Assembly: GCA_020723935.1 (NCBI GenBank)
Contig: DYHY01000002.1
Location: forward strand, 31,465-95,464
DNA: 64,000 nt
Direction of reading: 5' to 3'
Source of the DNA: Candidatus Micrarchaeum sp.
GTDB lineage: Archaea > SpSt-1190 > DYHY01
Position 1 is the first letter of the stretch; each line of letters opens with the position of its first letter. Positions 28,310 through 38,560 of the stretch are shown here, piece after piece. A model generated the notes under the pieces. The model saw nothing but the letters and a program-made list of their open reading frames with translations, searched no databases and was not told the origin of the DNA. Made by a program: the position numbers and the translations under genes.

Positions 28310-28909
28310 CTACTGGAACTTCCTCTTGATTGTGAACTCGAACCCTAGCAGGTTGAAGTAAATGACGTCGCGGTTGTACTTTTCCAGGACGCTCTTGTTG
28401 AGCGTGAAGTAGAACGTGTCCCCGAGGAACTTCTTGAAGAGGTTGAGGACGAGGTCGTAGGTGCGCTCGATCCTGTCCGCCATCCTGCCGTAAAAGAGCT
28501 GGCTCGCGATGACGTTCTTCGTGAGGATCACGCCCATCGCTATCTTGGTCATGTTCTCCTTGTATTCGCAGCGCAGCTCCAGTTCCAGCGCATTGTCCAT
28601 GTGGAACTCGCGCAGGTAGTTGAACTTGACCTGCACCGGACCCACGAAGACGGTTATGTTGTAGCGCTCGGCCCCCGACATGTCCTTCACGAGGGCCTGC
28701 GTGAACTCCTTCGTGCGCAGGGCGACCTCGGCGCGGTTCGGGATTTTGTAGATTATTTCCATGGGCTCGTCGGCGTCCAGGTTTATCGACTTCTTGGAGC
28801 CGGTGTAGAATATCGAGCAGATCCTTGCGATCGCGATGAGGAGGCGCTGCTTGCCTTCCGGCCCGGTTATCGTTGTTCCCAGGTTGACCTTGTAGATAAC
28901 AACGCCCAT
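28310..28909 (-). CDS. Hypothetical protein
   Basis: 199-aa ORF with protein-like composition and lower local GC. No motifs I recognise. Confidence 0.45.
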   Translation of the reverse strand: MGVVIYKVNLGTTITGPEGKQRLLIAIARICSIFYTGSKKSINLDADEPMEIIYKIPNRAEVALRTKEFTQALVKDMSGAERYNITVFVGPVQVKFNYLREFHMDNALELELRCEYKENMTKIAMGVILTKNVIASQLFYGRMADRIERTYDLVLNLFKKFLGDTFYFTLNKSVLEKYNRDVIYFNLLGFEFTIKRKFQ

Positions 28910-28976
28910 TTTACGCTCTTTCGCCTTTCCCTCTATTTATTCGCTATCTCGGCCAAGTAATACCATTCAATGGTGG

Positions 28977-29866
28977 TCACCCTTTGTTTATAAGACTTTT
29001 TGTGGAACAGACCTGCTTCCAGGCCTTCCATTTCCCGGCCTTTCCGCCCGTCCAGTCGAGGAATCCCAGGAGGACGCATAAGGCTTCGAGGAGAGCTGCT
29101 CCGAAGGAATAGAAGAGGGTCGCGAGGACGGGCTCCTGCAGGCGCGCCGCCGCCTTGAAGAGGAAGCGGACCCTCGCGGCCGGGGAGAAGGTGGCTGGCT
29201 GGCGCCCTTTTGCGAGGAGCTGGAAGTGGCCGCAGGCTATCCGGCGCCTCTGGAGGACGAGGTCCGCAAGGGTCTTGGGGCATGAGAGGGAGACTTGACT
29301 TGCGAGCGCGGCTCGTAGACCGTGCGGTAGCCCGCCCTCTCGCTTTCCGACTGGATCCACGCGTCGTCGTTTATCGTCTCCGGGGGCGGGCCCCTTTCCA
29401 GGGAAGCCATCCTGACCGCGAACATCTCCCCAGCCTTGGGGGAGCCGGCCTCTCCGAACATGTCGTGTATCCCCCAGTTCAGGCGCGAGCAGAAGCCTAT
29501 GAAGCCGCGGGGGGCGCGGGGGATCGTCCTTGCGCACGCCATCCCGACGGCCGGGTCGGAGAACCGGGAGGCGAGGCGGCGCATCGATTCCGGCCCGGCG
29601 ACATCGTCGGCCTGGACGAAGACGACGCATCGCGCCCTTTTCGCGCGGGCGTAATCCAGAATCGCCGTCGCCGCGGCGCTCTTCCCGCGCCTCTCCCTGC
29701 TGTAGAGGACCTTGCGCCTCCTGAGCAGCGCGCGCGTCCCGTCCGTCCCGTCGACCGCGAAGACGCAGTTCGCAGGCAGGCTGGGAAGCAGGCGCCTCAT
29801 CCCGTCCTCCTCGTCGTATGCGCAGACGCCGACGAGGAAGGGGGGACTCTCCATCCCGGCACGCAC
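28977..29866 (-). pseudogene. GT2-family glycosyltransferase, apparently frameshifted near 29240–29330
   Basis: ORF 29237..29866 carries GT2-type motifs (VVFVQADDV, WIQSESERAGYRTVYEPRS) and then turns to noise. The overlapping ORF 28977..29630, in another frame, supplies a plausible C-terminal TM helix (PVLATLFYSFGAALLEALCVLLGFL). Confidence 0.4.
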
Positions 29867-29898
29867 GCCTCGAATGTATTTAAAACAAGGGTGGGGGA

Positions 29899-30603
29899 TT
29901 GCCCGGGATGCCCGCAGCCAGGAAAAAAGCCCTCGTCTCAGTCATCATACCCGCCCTTGACGAGGAGCGCACCATCGGGCGCGTCGTCTCCTCCGTGGGA
30001 AAATCCCTCGCCGGGGAGCGGGTGGAGATAATAGTTGTCGACAGCAGCAGCGGGGACGGCACGGCCAGGGCCGCGCGCAAGGCAGGCGCGCGGGTCGTGA
30101 GGGAGCACAAGCTCGGCTACGGCCTGGCGTATCTCACGGGCTTCTCCGCCGCGAGGGGCGAGACAATAGTCATGGTTGATGCCGACGGGACGTACCCGTC
30201 CGAGGACATCCACATACTCCTTCAAGCCTTCCGCTCGACGGGGGCCGACGTCCTCGTCGGCTCGCGCTTCCTGGGGACGATGCGCGCCGGAGCGATGGGC
30301 CCGATCCTGCGCTTCGGGAACAGGCTGATAACCCTCGCGACGAACATCTTCTTCGGGACGCGCCTCACGGACTCGCAGTCGGGCCTCAGGATACTCTCGA
30401 GGGAGGCGGTCCGGCGGATGGCGCCCCGCGCCGAGGGGATGGAATTCGCTTCCGAGCTCAACGTCCTCTGCGCGCGCGAAAAACTGCGGGTCGTCGAGAT
30501 ACCGATAGACTACAGGCAGAGGGAGGGCGTCTCCAAGCTCAAGCCCCTGCGCGACGGCTTCAGGCATTTCGCGTTCCTCCTGAAAGTGAGGCTCGGCTGC
30601 TAG
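29899..30603 (+). CDS. GT2-family glycosyltransferase (dolichyl-phosphate sugar synthase-like)
   Basis: VSVIIPALDEE, VVDSSSGDGT, MVDADGTYP (DxD motif), and IDYRQREGVSKL C-terminal region. Confidence 0.8.
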   Translation: MPGMPAARKKALVSVIIPALDEERTIGRVVSSVGKSLAGERVEIIVVDSSSGDGTARAARKAGARVVREHKLGYGLAYLTGFSAARGETIVMVDADGTYPSEDIHILLQAFRSTGADVLVGSRFLGTMRAGAMGPILRFGNRLITLATNIFFGTRLTDSQSGLRILSREAVRRMAPRAEGMEFASELNVLCAREKLRVVEIPIDYRQREGVSKLKPLRDGFRHFAFLLKVRLGC

Positions 30604-30690
30604 GCGCCCGGGCATTTTGGACGCATTATTGGCAAACCTGTGGAACTGCTTTAAGGCGGGAGCGCGGCCTACCTCCCGATTCCACGACCA

Positions 30691-31029
30691 ATGGACGCGC
30701 ACGAGGGGCACGACGAGCACGCACACAGGGAGCACAGCGAGCGGCGCGACGGCAGGAGCAGGGTAGAGGGGACTGTCTTCATCGGGAACAAGCCGCCCAT
30801 GAGCTACGTCATGGCGGTCGTCACCGCCTTCCACAACGGCGCGCCGGAAGTCAAGCTCAAGAGCCGCGGGAGGGCGATCTCCTGCGCGGTCGACGTCGCG
30901 GAGATAGTCAGGAACCGCTTCCTCCCGGGGACGAGAGTGGGAAAAATAGAGATAGGAACCGAGAACGTGACGAGCCAAAAGGGGGAGAAGATGAACATCT
31001 CCTCGATCGAGATAACCCTGCTGCGGTGA
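30691..31029 (+). CDS. albA: Alba-family DNA/RNA-binding chromatin protein
   Basis: The core [52 protein letters not shown] matches Alba (Sso10b) closely. His-rich N-terminal extension. Confidence 0.8.
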   Translation: MDAHEGHDEHAHREHSERRDGRSRVEGTVFIGNKPPMSYVMAVVTAFHNGAPEVKLKSRGRAISCAVDVAEIVRNRFLPGTRVGKIEIGTENVTSQKGEKMNISSIEITLLR

Positions 31030-31101
31030 GCCCGCGGCTTCCAGGGAAAGCCGTTTTGCGGAGAACCGTTAAATAACCCGCGGCGCCGGTTACGGAACAT
31101 T

Positions 31102-32877
31102 GTGCACTGCGAACGGGCGTCTGACTTCGGACGGGGCCGAAGGGCGAGAAGGGCCAGCAAGCAGCCGGTTTGGCTCCTGGTAGCGATACTCTTTGCGGTC
31201 GTCGTCGGCATCGCGATCCTCAAAATGATGAGCTGCGGCACGACGAATTTCGGCACGTTCTCCTAGGCGACCGGCCAGGAGAGCGACCGCGCGGCGATCG
31301 AGACGTTCTGCAGCAACTGGATAAGGCTGCAGGAAGTCGACCTATCGGGCAACATCAACCCGCGAGCTTCTGAACCCAGGCAGACTGAGAAGGCGGGCGC
31401 CGCCGAGATCATGCGCAAGTACGGGTGGCTATCGACCGCGAAGAATCCGGCAACCAAGGAATACTTCGAGCTTATTCCGACGGGCTGCGACTGTATCGTC
31501 TTCCTCGCCTCGACCGCCGGCGGAACGAGCCTTCCGCCGTCGAGCGCCAAGGTGTTTTTGGCGCAGAACGCGCCGCCTGCGGACGAGAACAGGTACAGCC
31601 CCAACACGTGCAGCAACAGGGCCAAGTGCGTCGCAAACAGGCTCGAGGGCCCAAATCCCATCTTCGGAATAAACACCTCCGTGAGCGCGCCCGGCGCAAC
31701 CAACGTTGCTCATAGGGCGGACGTCGTGCCTAACACCTGTTGTGCGGCCGGAGCTGCTGCCTGCCAGCAGCGGGCTCCGGGAGTTGCCGGGACCGGAGAG
31801 ACTGGCGGTGAGTCTGGCACCTCGGCAACTGAGACAACCGCGGCAACTGAGACAACTGCTGCGACGGCAACTGCCGGAGGGATGCAGGTCGCCGCAGGCG
31901 ACAGCTACGCGGGAGGAACGGTGGGAACAGGCGGGCCGTGGATCTCGGGCGCGGTGCCCGAAGAGTGCAAGAGGAGTGGGGAGACTGCCTCGGCGGCGGC
32001 GGCCGAATGCTGCACCTCAAGCCCCGACGGCACCGCCATCCTCTTCATCTACGGGCGCTGCTGCAAGGTGGGAAACGCCAAAATCCTCGACGACGAGACC
32101 GTGCTAAAGTGCTGCGGCCTGGACTACAGCGGAGGCCCGACGGGCCCGGGCTATTGCGCCTACGACGCTCTGCCGTCCGGAACCTGCAAGATGTACGGCG
32201 AGACCGCCGCATCCGCCGCGGAATGCTGCGCCCCAACTCCCAAGGACCCGATAATCTACTCGGGCAGGAGGTGCTGCGGCGGTGACGGCTATTCGTTCAG
32301 CCAGGTCTACCCGGCGCAGGTCTGCTGCAGCGGGACGATCGTCCAAGACGAGCTTCCGCAGGACTGGGAATGCTGGGGGAGCGGAGCGGGCGGCCAGAGA
32401 TGCGGGAGCCCGGGAGAGGCGAAATCCTCGGCAGCGCAGTTCTGCGGCCACGGCGTGGGCGGTTACGTCCCGGAGGGCAATGCCGACCCTATAAGCGTCG
32501 GCTATTCAGGAGGAAAATGCTGCATAGAGGACCTTGGCAGGGTCCCGAGCGATTACAGGGACGCGGGCGCTTCGGCGTGCTGCAGCGGCGACTTTGGGCC
32601 GAGGGCAATTAATTATGCGGCCTTCATCTGCGGAGGCGCGTCATGGCCCGGCTGCAAGATGTCCGGAGAACCCGCCTCTTCCGTATTCGAGTGCTGCGAA
32701 TCCGTCGAGGTTGCCGGCAACACCGCGAGGACGCCTATCTCGGTCCGCTTCGATGACGGCTGCTGCTGCAGGGCGGGCGGTGAAATGATCAATGCTGAGG
32801 AGAGCTCCGCAGTCTGCTGCTCCAACGGGGAGCGGACAATTGACCTCGAAGGGCAGCCGACGAGGATCTGCACCTGA
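31102..32877 (+). pseudogene. Third pilin-family paralog fused to a 480-aa Cys-rich extension (many CC/CCxxG motifs). It has no ATG and carries an in-frame TAG at 31264.
   Basis: The frame runs continuously from the Alba stop. The only plausible start upstream of the TM helix (QPVWLLVAILFAVVVGIAIL) is the GTG at about 31102. TAG replaces the CAG (Gln) seen in the paralog motif FGTFTQATGQESD. Track ORF 31411..32877 is the downstream part. Confidence 0.45.
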
Positions 32878-32998
32878 GCGGGGCGCCAGCTTCCGAGCCA
32901 CTCGCCAAGCCCGCCGAGAAGGGAAATATGGTCACAAACCCGTCCGGGCGTGCGGCCGCCACCTTTTTAACCGGCTCGTGGGAGCGCGCAAGGACAGC

Positions 32999-34036
32999 AT
33001 GAAGGACGCCTACGTCGGAGGGAGCCTGCCCAAGGGGTGCGAGCTCTGCATCCAGGGCGCCAAAATGGTCGTCTTCACGACGGGCGTCTGCGGGATGAAG
33101 TGCTTCTACTGCCCGCTATCCTTCAAGAGGAAGATGAAGAACCAGCCCTTCGCGAACGAGAGGAAGATAATGCGGCTCCCCGACCTCATCAGGGAGGCCG
33201 AGCTCATGCGCGCCAAGGGCGCGAGCATGACCGGGGGCGACCCGGTGATGTCCTTTGCGCGCACGGTGCGCTACGTCAGGGCCCTGAAGAAGAGGTTCGG
33301 AGCGGGCTTTCACATACACATGTACACGACGGGCGAGAGGGCGACTCCGGCCAAGCTCAAGGCCCTGTGCGATGCGGGCGTTGACGAGATAAGGTTCCAT
33401 TTCAACTGCAGGCAGATCCTGGACGCCCTCAGGCTCCCCTGGATCGTCGGGGCGGAGGTCCCGGCCGTTCCCGGCAAGTGGGAGGAGACGGCCGGCTACT
33501 TCAAATTCCTCTGGGAGAGCGGGGCGAGGTTCTGCAACCTCAACGAGCTGGACTGGTCCGAGCAGAACGTAGAGGCGTTCAAGAGGCGCGGCTACCGGCT
33601 CAAGTCCGGGGAAAGCTACGCGGCCAAGGGGAGCGAGCAGATGGCGCTTCGCCTGGTGAGATACGCTCGCAGGCGCTTCCCGGGCCTGACCGTCCACTAC
33701 TGCTCAAGCCAGATGAAGGACGCGGTGCAGGTGAGGAAGAGGTTCATAAGGACGGCGAAGAACGTCGCCCGCCCGTTCGAGCGCGTTGACTCGGACGGCC
33801 TCCTTGTCAAGGGATTCGTCGCGGGCGAGAGGAGGCTACTTGAGGTCCCGGCGCGCCTCCAGGCGTACAGCAGGAAAAAGAAGCGCGTCGAGTTCCCCGA
33901 GCGCCTAGCGGCAAGCCTTGCTGCGATGCCCAAATACCGCGGGAGGGTTTTCGTCGCGTCCGAGCAGCCGACGGCCGATGCGGTCGACCTCGAAATAGAG
34001 CCTGTCGGGCAGAGGTCCGCGCGCTCCGGCTTCTGA
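32999..34036 (+). CDS. Radical SAM domain protein
   Basis: CGMKCFYC (Cx3Cx2C) cluster motif, GGDP motif, TIM-barrel-like length. Internal ATG of ORF 32792. Confidence 0.7.
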   Translation: MKDAYVGGSLPKGCELCIQGAKMVVFTTGVCGMKCFYCPLSFKRKMKNQPFANERKIMRLPDLIREAELMRAKGASMTGGDPVMSFARTVRYVRALKKRFGAGFHIHMYTTGERATPAKLKALCDAGVDEIRFHFNCRQILDALRLPWIVGAEVPAVPGKWEETAGYFKFLWESGARFCNLNELDWSEQNVEAFKRRGYRLKSGESYAAKGSEQMALRLVRYARRRFPGLTVHYCSSQMKDAVQVRKRFIRTAKNVARPFERVDSDGLLVKGFVAGERRLLEVPARLQAYSRKKKRVEFPERLAASLAAMPKYRGRVFVASEQPTADAVDLEIEPVGQRSARSGF

Positions 34037-34532
34037 GAGGAAGAATTTCAGAGCGGACCTGCCGGGAAACGCCTACGCCGTGACCTTCCTTCGCCTTCTG
34101 GAGAGCCGACGCGTACGCCGCGACGTCGTACGCGAGCTTCGTCAAGACCAGGGGGTCGTCCGCGTCCTGGGTGAAGCTGTGCGATATCTGCGCGTAGCCG
34201 CCCGCCTCGTTGACCGTGACCCGCCCCTCGCCGCGCGAGGAGACGCTCTCGCGGATGTCGTCGATCCTCGCTGTGTTCAGGCCGTTCAGGGTGAAGACGG
34301 TCCTCACGCGCGGGTTGTCGGATCCCGCCGTCCGGTAGAACTCTATCGCGAAGGGATATTTCCCGCTCTCTCCTCCCTCGCCCTTCTCGCAGCCGGCAAC
34401 AACCTCGCCGAAGAGGGAGTAGGAAATCCTTCCCAGCTCCGCCGAAAGGAGGGGCTTGAGGCCGTGCGCCTGGCAGCGCGTGGAGTAGCGCTTCTCCTGC
34501 TCGCCGTCCCCGACAGTCACCAGGGGGCCCAC
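33807..34532 (-). CDS. Hypothetical protein. The C-terminal 80 codons overlap the radical SAM gene and look non-coding.
   Basis: The N-terminal 155 aa are protein-like (GYAQISHSFTQDADDPLVLTKLAYDVAAYASAL). The true stop is uncertain. Confidence 0.3.
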   Translation of the reverse strand: MGPLVTVGDGEQEKRYSTRCQAHGLKPLLSAELGRISYSLFGEVVAGCEKGEGGESGKYPFAIEFYRTAGSDNPRVRTVFTLNGLNTARIDDIRESVSSRGEGRVTVNEAGGYAQISHSFTQDADDPLVLTKLAYDVAAYASALQKAKEGHGVGVSRQVRSEILPLRSRSARTSARQALFRGRPHRPSAARTRRKPSRGIWASQQGLPLGARGTRRASFSCCTPGGAPGPQVASSRPRRIP

Positions 34533-34781
34533 GACGGCGCGGCCAATGCGCTAGCAAGCGATGTGACGACCCTGGGCGAGATGCTCCCGCTCGCGTACGT
34601 TTCGGTGGCTGCTCCCAAGAAGTAGGGGACAGGCACCCCCAAGAAGGGGCTTGCGCCTTCCGAAAAGGTCTTCATCGGGGCGCGAGCTCGGGCGCGCAGG
34701 GCCGAAGCCCCGAGAGGGGCGAAGCCCGTACCGCTGAAAATGAAAATGAAGCTGGCCCCCTTTCCTAAAGGGGGTTGTTTT

Positions 34782-37259
34782 TCATTTCCTTTTTTGCTTG
34801 GTTTTGCCTCCGAAGGCCGGAACAGTCACTGGCTCCGCATACGGGGTGAACGCCTCGTCGGTGTAGATAACAACCCTGTAAGCTCTCGCGTCCAAATCGC
34901 CGACGCCCATCCTCGTGACCACGAGCAGGCCGCGCGGGGAACCCGGGAGTCCGAGACAGTTTGTGTAGTCGTTCCCGGGGACCCTCCCCAGACCGATGAG
35001 GACCGGGCCCTCCTCGGTGATGCGCACGGCGAGCCTGTGCTTGTCGCCCGCCACCTCCATCTCGGAGTCGTAGGGGAAGTGGCCCCCTAGCTCCGATAGG
35101 CCGCCTTTCCCGTGGGGCTCGTGGGCGACGTACACTCTGTGAGGCTTCCCGTCCTTGTCCCTGAATTCGAAGACCCCCGCCGACGAGTCCCCTCTGCTTG
35201 ATACGGTGGTTACCTGGCCCCAGTACTTGGGCGGTACCTGGTTCATCAAGGCGTCCGATTCCGGATTGTCGCGCTGCTTGCTGCTCTTGTTCACGTGGTT
35301 CCCGTCGACAATTACTATCTTCGCCCCCTGCTTGGCGAAATGCGTGATTAAACCCGCGCCTCCCGGCAGGACCTGGTAGCGCCTGTGCTGCAGGCCGATG
35401 TTGGTGAGCGGCATCGCCGCGCTCAGCCTTCCCGAGAAATAGGCTAAAAGATCGTACCTCTCCTTGGCGGAGAGCTCTTCCGCTTCGTTCAGCATCTTGA
35501 CGAACGCACTCGTCTCGAGCAGCGGGTCGAAGGTCGGGGTGCCCCCGCCAAGTAGGTGGGTGCCATCTGTATCGTCGCCCGTGAGGAGGAAGACGTCGCA
35601 TTTGATCTCCTCGCCCCTGATCAGTGCGAACTCGCGCTTGGAAAGCTCCTCGGAGGATTCGTGGCCGGGCTCCCCGTACTTCATGAGCTCGAGCGCCTTG
35701 CGGGCGCCTTTGACGTCTCTAGCAGCCCTCGCAGTCCTGTACATCAAGAGTATCTCGCCGGCCGCCCTGGACGGGGCCATGGCCGTGACCGAGAATTCAG
35801 TCCTCGCGCCGAAGTGCCGATCGCCGCTCTGGACGGCCGTGAACAGTTCGTGCTGGGACATTCCGGCGGCTAGCCCCTTGAGAGCGTCGTCGTCCCAGCT
35901 GGAGAGGCTTATTTGCCCGCCGTCGACTTGCAAGACTGTGAAGCCTGGGCTCAGGCGGCCCTTCCCGTACGCTAGGGAGACGGGGTCGCTGCCGTGCTCC
36001 CGCTGCTTGGCCCCGTACTTCATCACGAGGTCGCCGTCCACCATCATCGGGGCAGTGTACACGACGGTCGCATTGAGCGCGCCGCCTTCGAGCTCCATCT
36101 GGGCGGTCCCGCTCTCCGCGGTTATCGCGACATCTGGATGGCCCTTGAGCATGTTGCTTTTGGCTATGCGATTGATCGGGTTATTCGTCGGCCTCGGGGA
36201 CGAAAGGGGGGGGCTGTATGCGAGCGCGACCTTCTTCCCGCCGACCTCGATGGTCTTGGCGCCCTCCACGACGTCCCACTCCAATCCCAGGGCGTCCCTT
36301 ATCTGGTCGTCCCTTTCCATCGACGCTATGACCTGCGCCGCGACCATGTCGCGCGTGGATGCCCTCTTCTGGCCGGTCATCTTGCAGAAGTCCTTGGCGC
36401 CCTTTTCCTGCCTCTGGCGTATCTGCTGGGTGTGGGCGTTGTCGGCATTGGCCTTCTCACGGGCGGCCCAGAGACGCATAACCTTGCGTTCATAGAGGGT
36501 TTTCTCGTCGTCCGCGCCGATGAGGACGAGGCCATTAGCTATCTCGTACCAGTCATCCGCCTTGAGATCAGTTTTCTTCTCGGCAAGGTACTGGCGCGCG
36601 CTCTTGCTGCCCTGCACGCGCTCCTTCAGCGCGGAGAGGCTTTTGGCGTCGAGGGCCGCCACGGCATCCCCTATCTGCGTGCAGACCGCCTCGGCCTGCG
36701 TGGAGCTGTCCTTGTCCGAATAACCCTTGCGGCGAAGGGCGTTCAGTTCGGCGAGGATGATATTTACCCTGTCGCGCTCCCAGAGCGTGTCATCCGGGCC
36801 CTTAACGTAGACCTTCCTGGTCAACTTTGTGACGGCTGGGTTCTTCAGCGCGTCCACCGCCCTCTTGGCGAGGATGTAGCCGTCGCCGGGCTGGAGCATT
36901 TCGGTAGCAGCCGAGACGGCCGCTTTTAGGTGCTCCGGGTTGTCCGTGACGGCCGAAAACGTGGAGTAGTTGATCATCCTGTTCATCTCGTCCTGGAACT
37001 CCCTCTCCGCCACGAAGTTCGGGTCGTCGTCGGGCCTGATCTCGGGTCTCTTGGCGAGGCGCGTTGAGGCGCTCACACAGGTGACCGAATGCCCGGATGG
37101 CTCGTATTTTAAAGCGCCCCCGGCCCAGACAAGGAGGTCGATGTCCCCCTTGAGTTCCATCGCGCGGGCCGCGCCCTTGAAGAGCGACAGGTCGGCGTCG
37201 TGGTATTTAGATCCAAGGTTCGGGCTCCCTATAACTGCAATTTTCACCATTTCAGTCAA
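34782..37259 (-). CDS. Large hypothetical protein with calcineurin-like metallophosphoesterase motifs
   Basis: 825 aa. GDxxG-like, GNH (IVDGNHVNK) and YVAHEPHG motifs. Confidence 0.55.
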   Translation of the reverse strand: MTEMVKIAVIGSPNLGSKYHDADLSLFKGAARAMELKGDIDLLVWAGGALKYEPSGHSVTCVSASTRLAKRPEIRPDDDPNFVAEREFQDEMNRMINYSTFSAVTDNPEHLKAAVSAATEMLQPGDGYILAKRAVDALKNPAVTKLTRKVYVKGPDDTLWERDRVNIILAELNALRRKGYSDKDSSTQAEAVCTQIGDAVAALDAKSLSALKERVQGSKSARQYLAEKKTDLKADDWYEIANGLVLIGADDEKTLYERKVMRLWAAREKANADNAHTQQIRQRQEKGAKDFCKMTGQKRASTRDMVAAQVIASMERDDQIRDALGLEWDVVEGAKTIEVGGKKVALAYSPPLSSPRPTNNPINRIAKSNMLKGHPDVAITAESGTAQMELEGGALNATVVYTAPMMVDGDLVMKYGAKQREHGSDPVSLAYGKGRLSPGFTVLQVDGGQISLSSWDDDALKGLAAGMSQHELFTAVQSGDRHFGARTEFSVTAMAPSRAAGEILLMYRTARAARDVKGARKALELMKYGEPGHESSEELSKREFALIRGEEIKCDVFLLTGDDTDGTHLLGGGTPTFDPLLETSAFVKMLNEAEELSAKERYDLLAYFSGRLSAAMPLTNIGLQHRRYQVLPGGAGLITHFAKQGAKIVIVDGNHVNKSSKQRDNPESDALMNQVPPKYWGQVTTVSSRGDSSAGVFEFRDKDGKPHRVYVAHEPHGKGGLSELGGHFPYDSEMEVAGDKHRLAVRITEEGPVLIGLGRVPGNDYTNCLGLPGSPRGLLVVTRMGVGDLDARAYRVVIYTDEAFTPYAEPVTVPAFGGKTKQKRK

Positions 37260-37513
37260 AAATTCCCCCCTTTTTCATTTTCCATCCCAAGGTAGCCCGC
37301 ATTTCTTTCAATCCTCCCCTTTCCCCCAAGGTCAAGGCCGGCGCCCGAAAGAGCGTCCGCCCGAACCCCTTGCAAGCCTTAACGCGCCCGAAGGTTTTAA
37401 AGAATTGCTACCATCAATAGATGGTGAACTTAATATAGAACCGGGCTTGCGCTGGACAAAAACGTCCGAACCCCCCTTTTAAACCGGCGTTTTGTTATTA
37501 ACGCCATCCAAAA

Positions 37514-37524
37514 TCTTAATAACC
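37514..37524 (+). promoter_or_regulatory. TATA-box-like element upstream of the nikR-like gene
   Basis: tcttaataacc lies about 30 nt upstream of the ATG at 37548. Confidence 0.35.
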
Positions 37525-37547
37525 GAGCGCAGGGGGCGCCCTAAAGA

Positions 37548-37934
37548 ATGGCAGAGATTGTCAGCATCTCCCTCCAGCGCCGCGAGCTTGACACCCTCGA
37601 CCGGCTTTCCAGGCAAATGGGCTTTGCCGGGAGGAGCGAGGCGGTGCGGGCGGGCCTGCGCCTGCTCTCCGCGGAGGCGGGCGGGCGCGACGGCCTGGCC
37701 GGCCAGGTGCAGGCGGTCCTCGTCGTCGTCCACAGGGAGGAGGCGGAGGGGGCCGTGAACGAGAAGAAGCACTCCTTCGAGGAGATACTCGACACGCAGA
37801 TCCACAGCCAGCTGGGGAACGGCAGGTGCCTGGAAGTGTTCGTCCTGCGCGGCGCCGGCGCGAGCGTGCGCGAGCTCTCCAATTCCATGTCCTCGGAGAA
37901 GGGCGTGGAATCCGCAAAGCTTGTTGTGTCCTGA
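37548..37934 (+). CDS. nikR: NikR-like ribbon-helix-helix transcriptional regulator
   Basis: N-terminal RHH (IVSISLQRRELDTLDRL...GFAGRSEAVRAGL) plus a C-terminal His/Cys-containing ACT-like metal-binding domain (VVVHREE, HSQLGNGRCLEVFVL). Confidence 0.55.
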   Translation: MAEIVSISLQRRELDTLDRLSRQMGFAGRSEAVRAGLRLLSAEAGGRDGLAGQVQAVLVVVHREEAEGAVNEKKHSFEEILDTQIHSQLGNGRCLEVFVLRGAGASVRELSNSMSSEKGVESAKLVVS

Positions 37935-37939
37935 AGGCC

Positions 37940-38554
37940 GTGGCGCGCTTCGAGATACCATGCGCCTCGTGCAAGGAGAAGAACTGCTGCTCGCGCCTCC
38001 GCCAGTTCTCGGCGAGGCGCAGGGAGAGGGAGGACGGGGGCGTCCCGCTCTTCCCGTGGGAGGTGGAGGCGGCGCGCGGCAGGGGCGCAGCTAGGATCTC
38101 CGAAACCGAGCGCGTGAACGGGATAGTCACCCTCTACAGGATGGCTGGGGAGGGCGGGAGCTGCCCGTTCTTCGACAAGGAGAAGAGGATCTGCACCGTT
38201 TATGCCAAGCGGCCCCTCGCGTGCAGGGCGTTCCCGATAGCCAGGTCCGGGATTCTGGAATACCTCGCCAGGAAGAACCCCTCGCCCGAGGGCGAGCTGT
38301 TCTGCATGGGCGGGATAATACCCAAGCTCCCGCGGATGACGCGGGCCAATTTCATCAAGGCGATGGACGAGAGCCTCGGCGCGCAGTTCTGGCAGGCCGT
38401 CCAGATGGACCTCGCCCTGGATTTCGTGAGGAGCCTCGCCAGGCAGGGGATCGCGTTCCAAGACTCCGGCGAAGGGGGGCGGAAGGTCGTCGAGAAGATC
38501 CTCTCCGACCCGATGGAGCTCAGGAAGACGTTCCTCGGGGCGACGGAGAAGTAG
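37940..38554 (+). CDS. YkgJ/UPF0153-family putative Fe–S or zinc-binding protein
   Basis: CASCKEKNCCS and GSCPFFDKEKRICTVYAKRPLACRAFP motifs. Probable GTG start immediately after the nikR stop. Confidence 0.55.
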   Translation: MARFEIPCASCKEKNCCSRLRQFSARRREREDGGVPLFPWEVEAARGRGAARISETERVNGIVTLYRMAGEGGSCPFFDKEKRICTVYAKRPLACRAFPIARSGILEYLARKNPSPEGELFCMGGIIPKLPRMTRANFIKAMDESLGAQFWQAVQMDLALDFVRSLARQGIAFQDSGEGGRKVVEKILSDPMELRKTFLGATEK

Positions 38555-38560
38555 GCCCTC

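Noticed and set aside
34080-34625. 181-aa plus-strand ORF opposite the 33807..34532 hypothetical gene
   Set aside because: Arg/Val/Leu/Ala-rich low-complexity translation. The minus-strand frame is more protein-like over its first 155 codons.
34735-34776. Hairpin ccccctttcctaaaggggg plus flanking A/T runs downstream of the 34782 minus-strand gene, as a possible terminator or ncRNA
   Set aside because: It is plausibly an intrinsic-terminator-like element (oligo-T on the minus strand), but it is too short and unsupported to call a feature.
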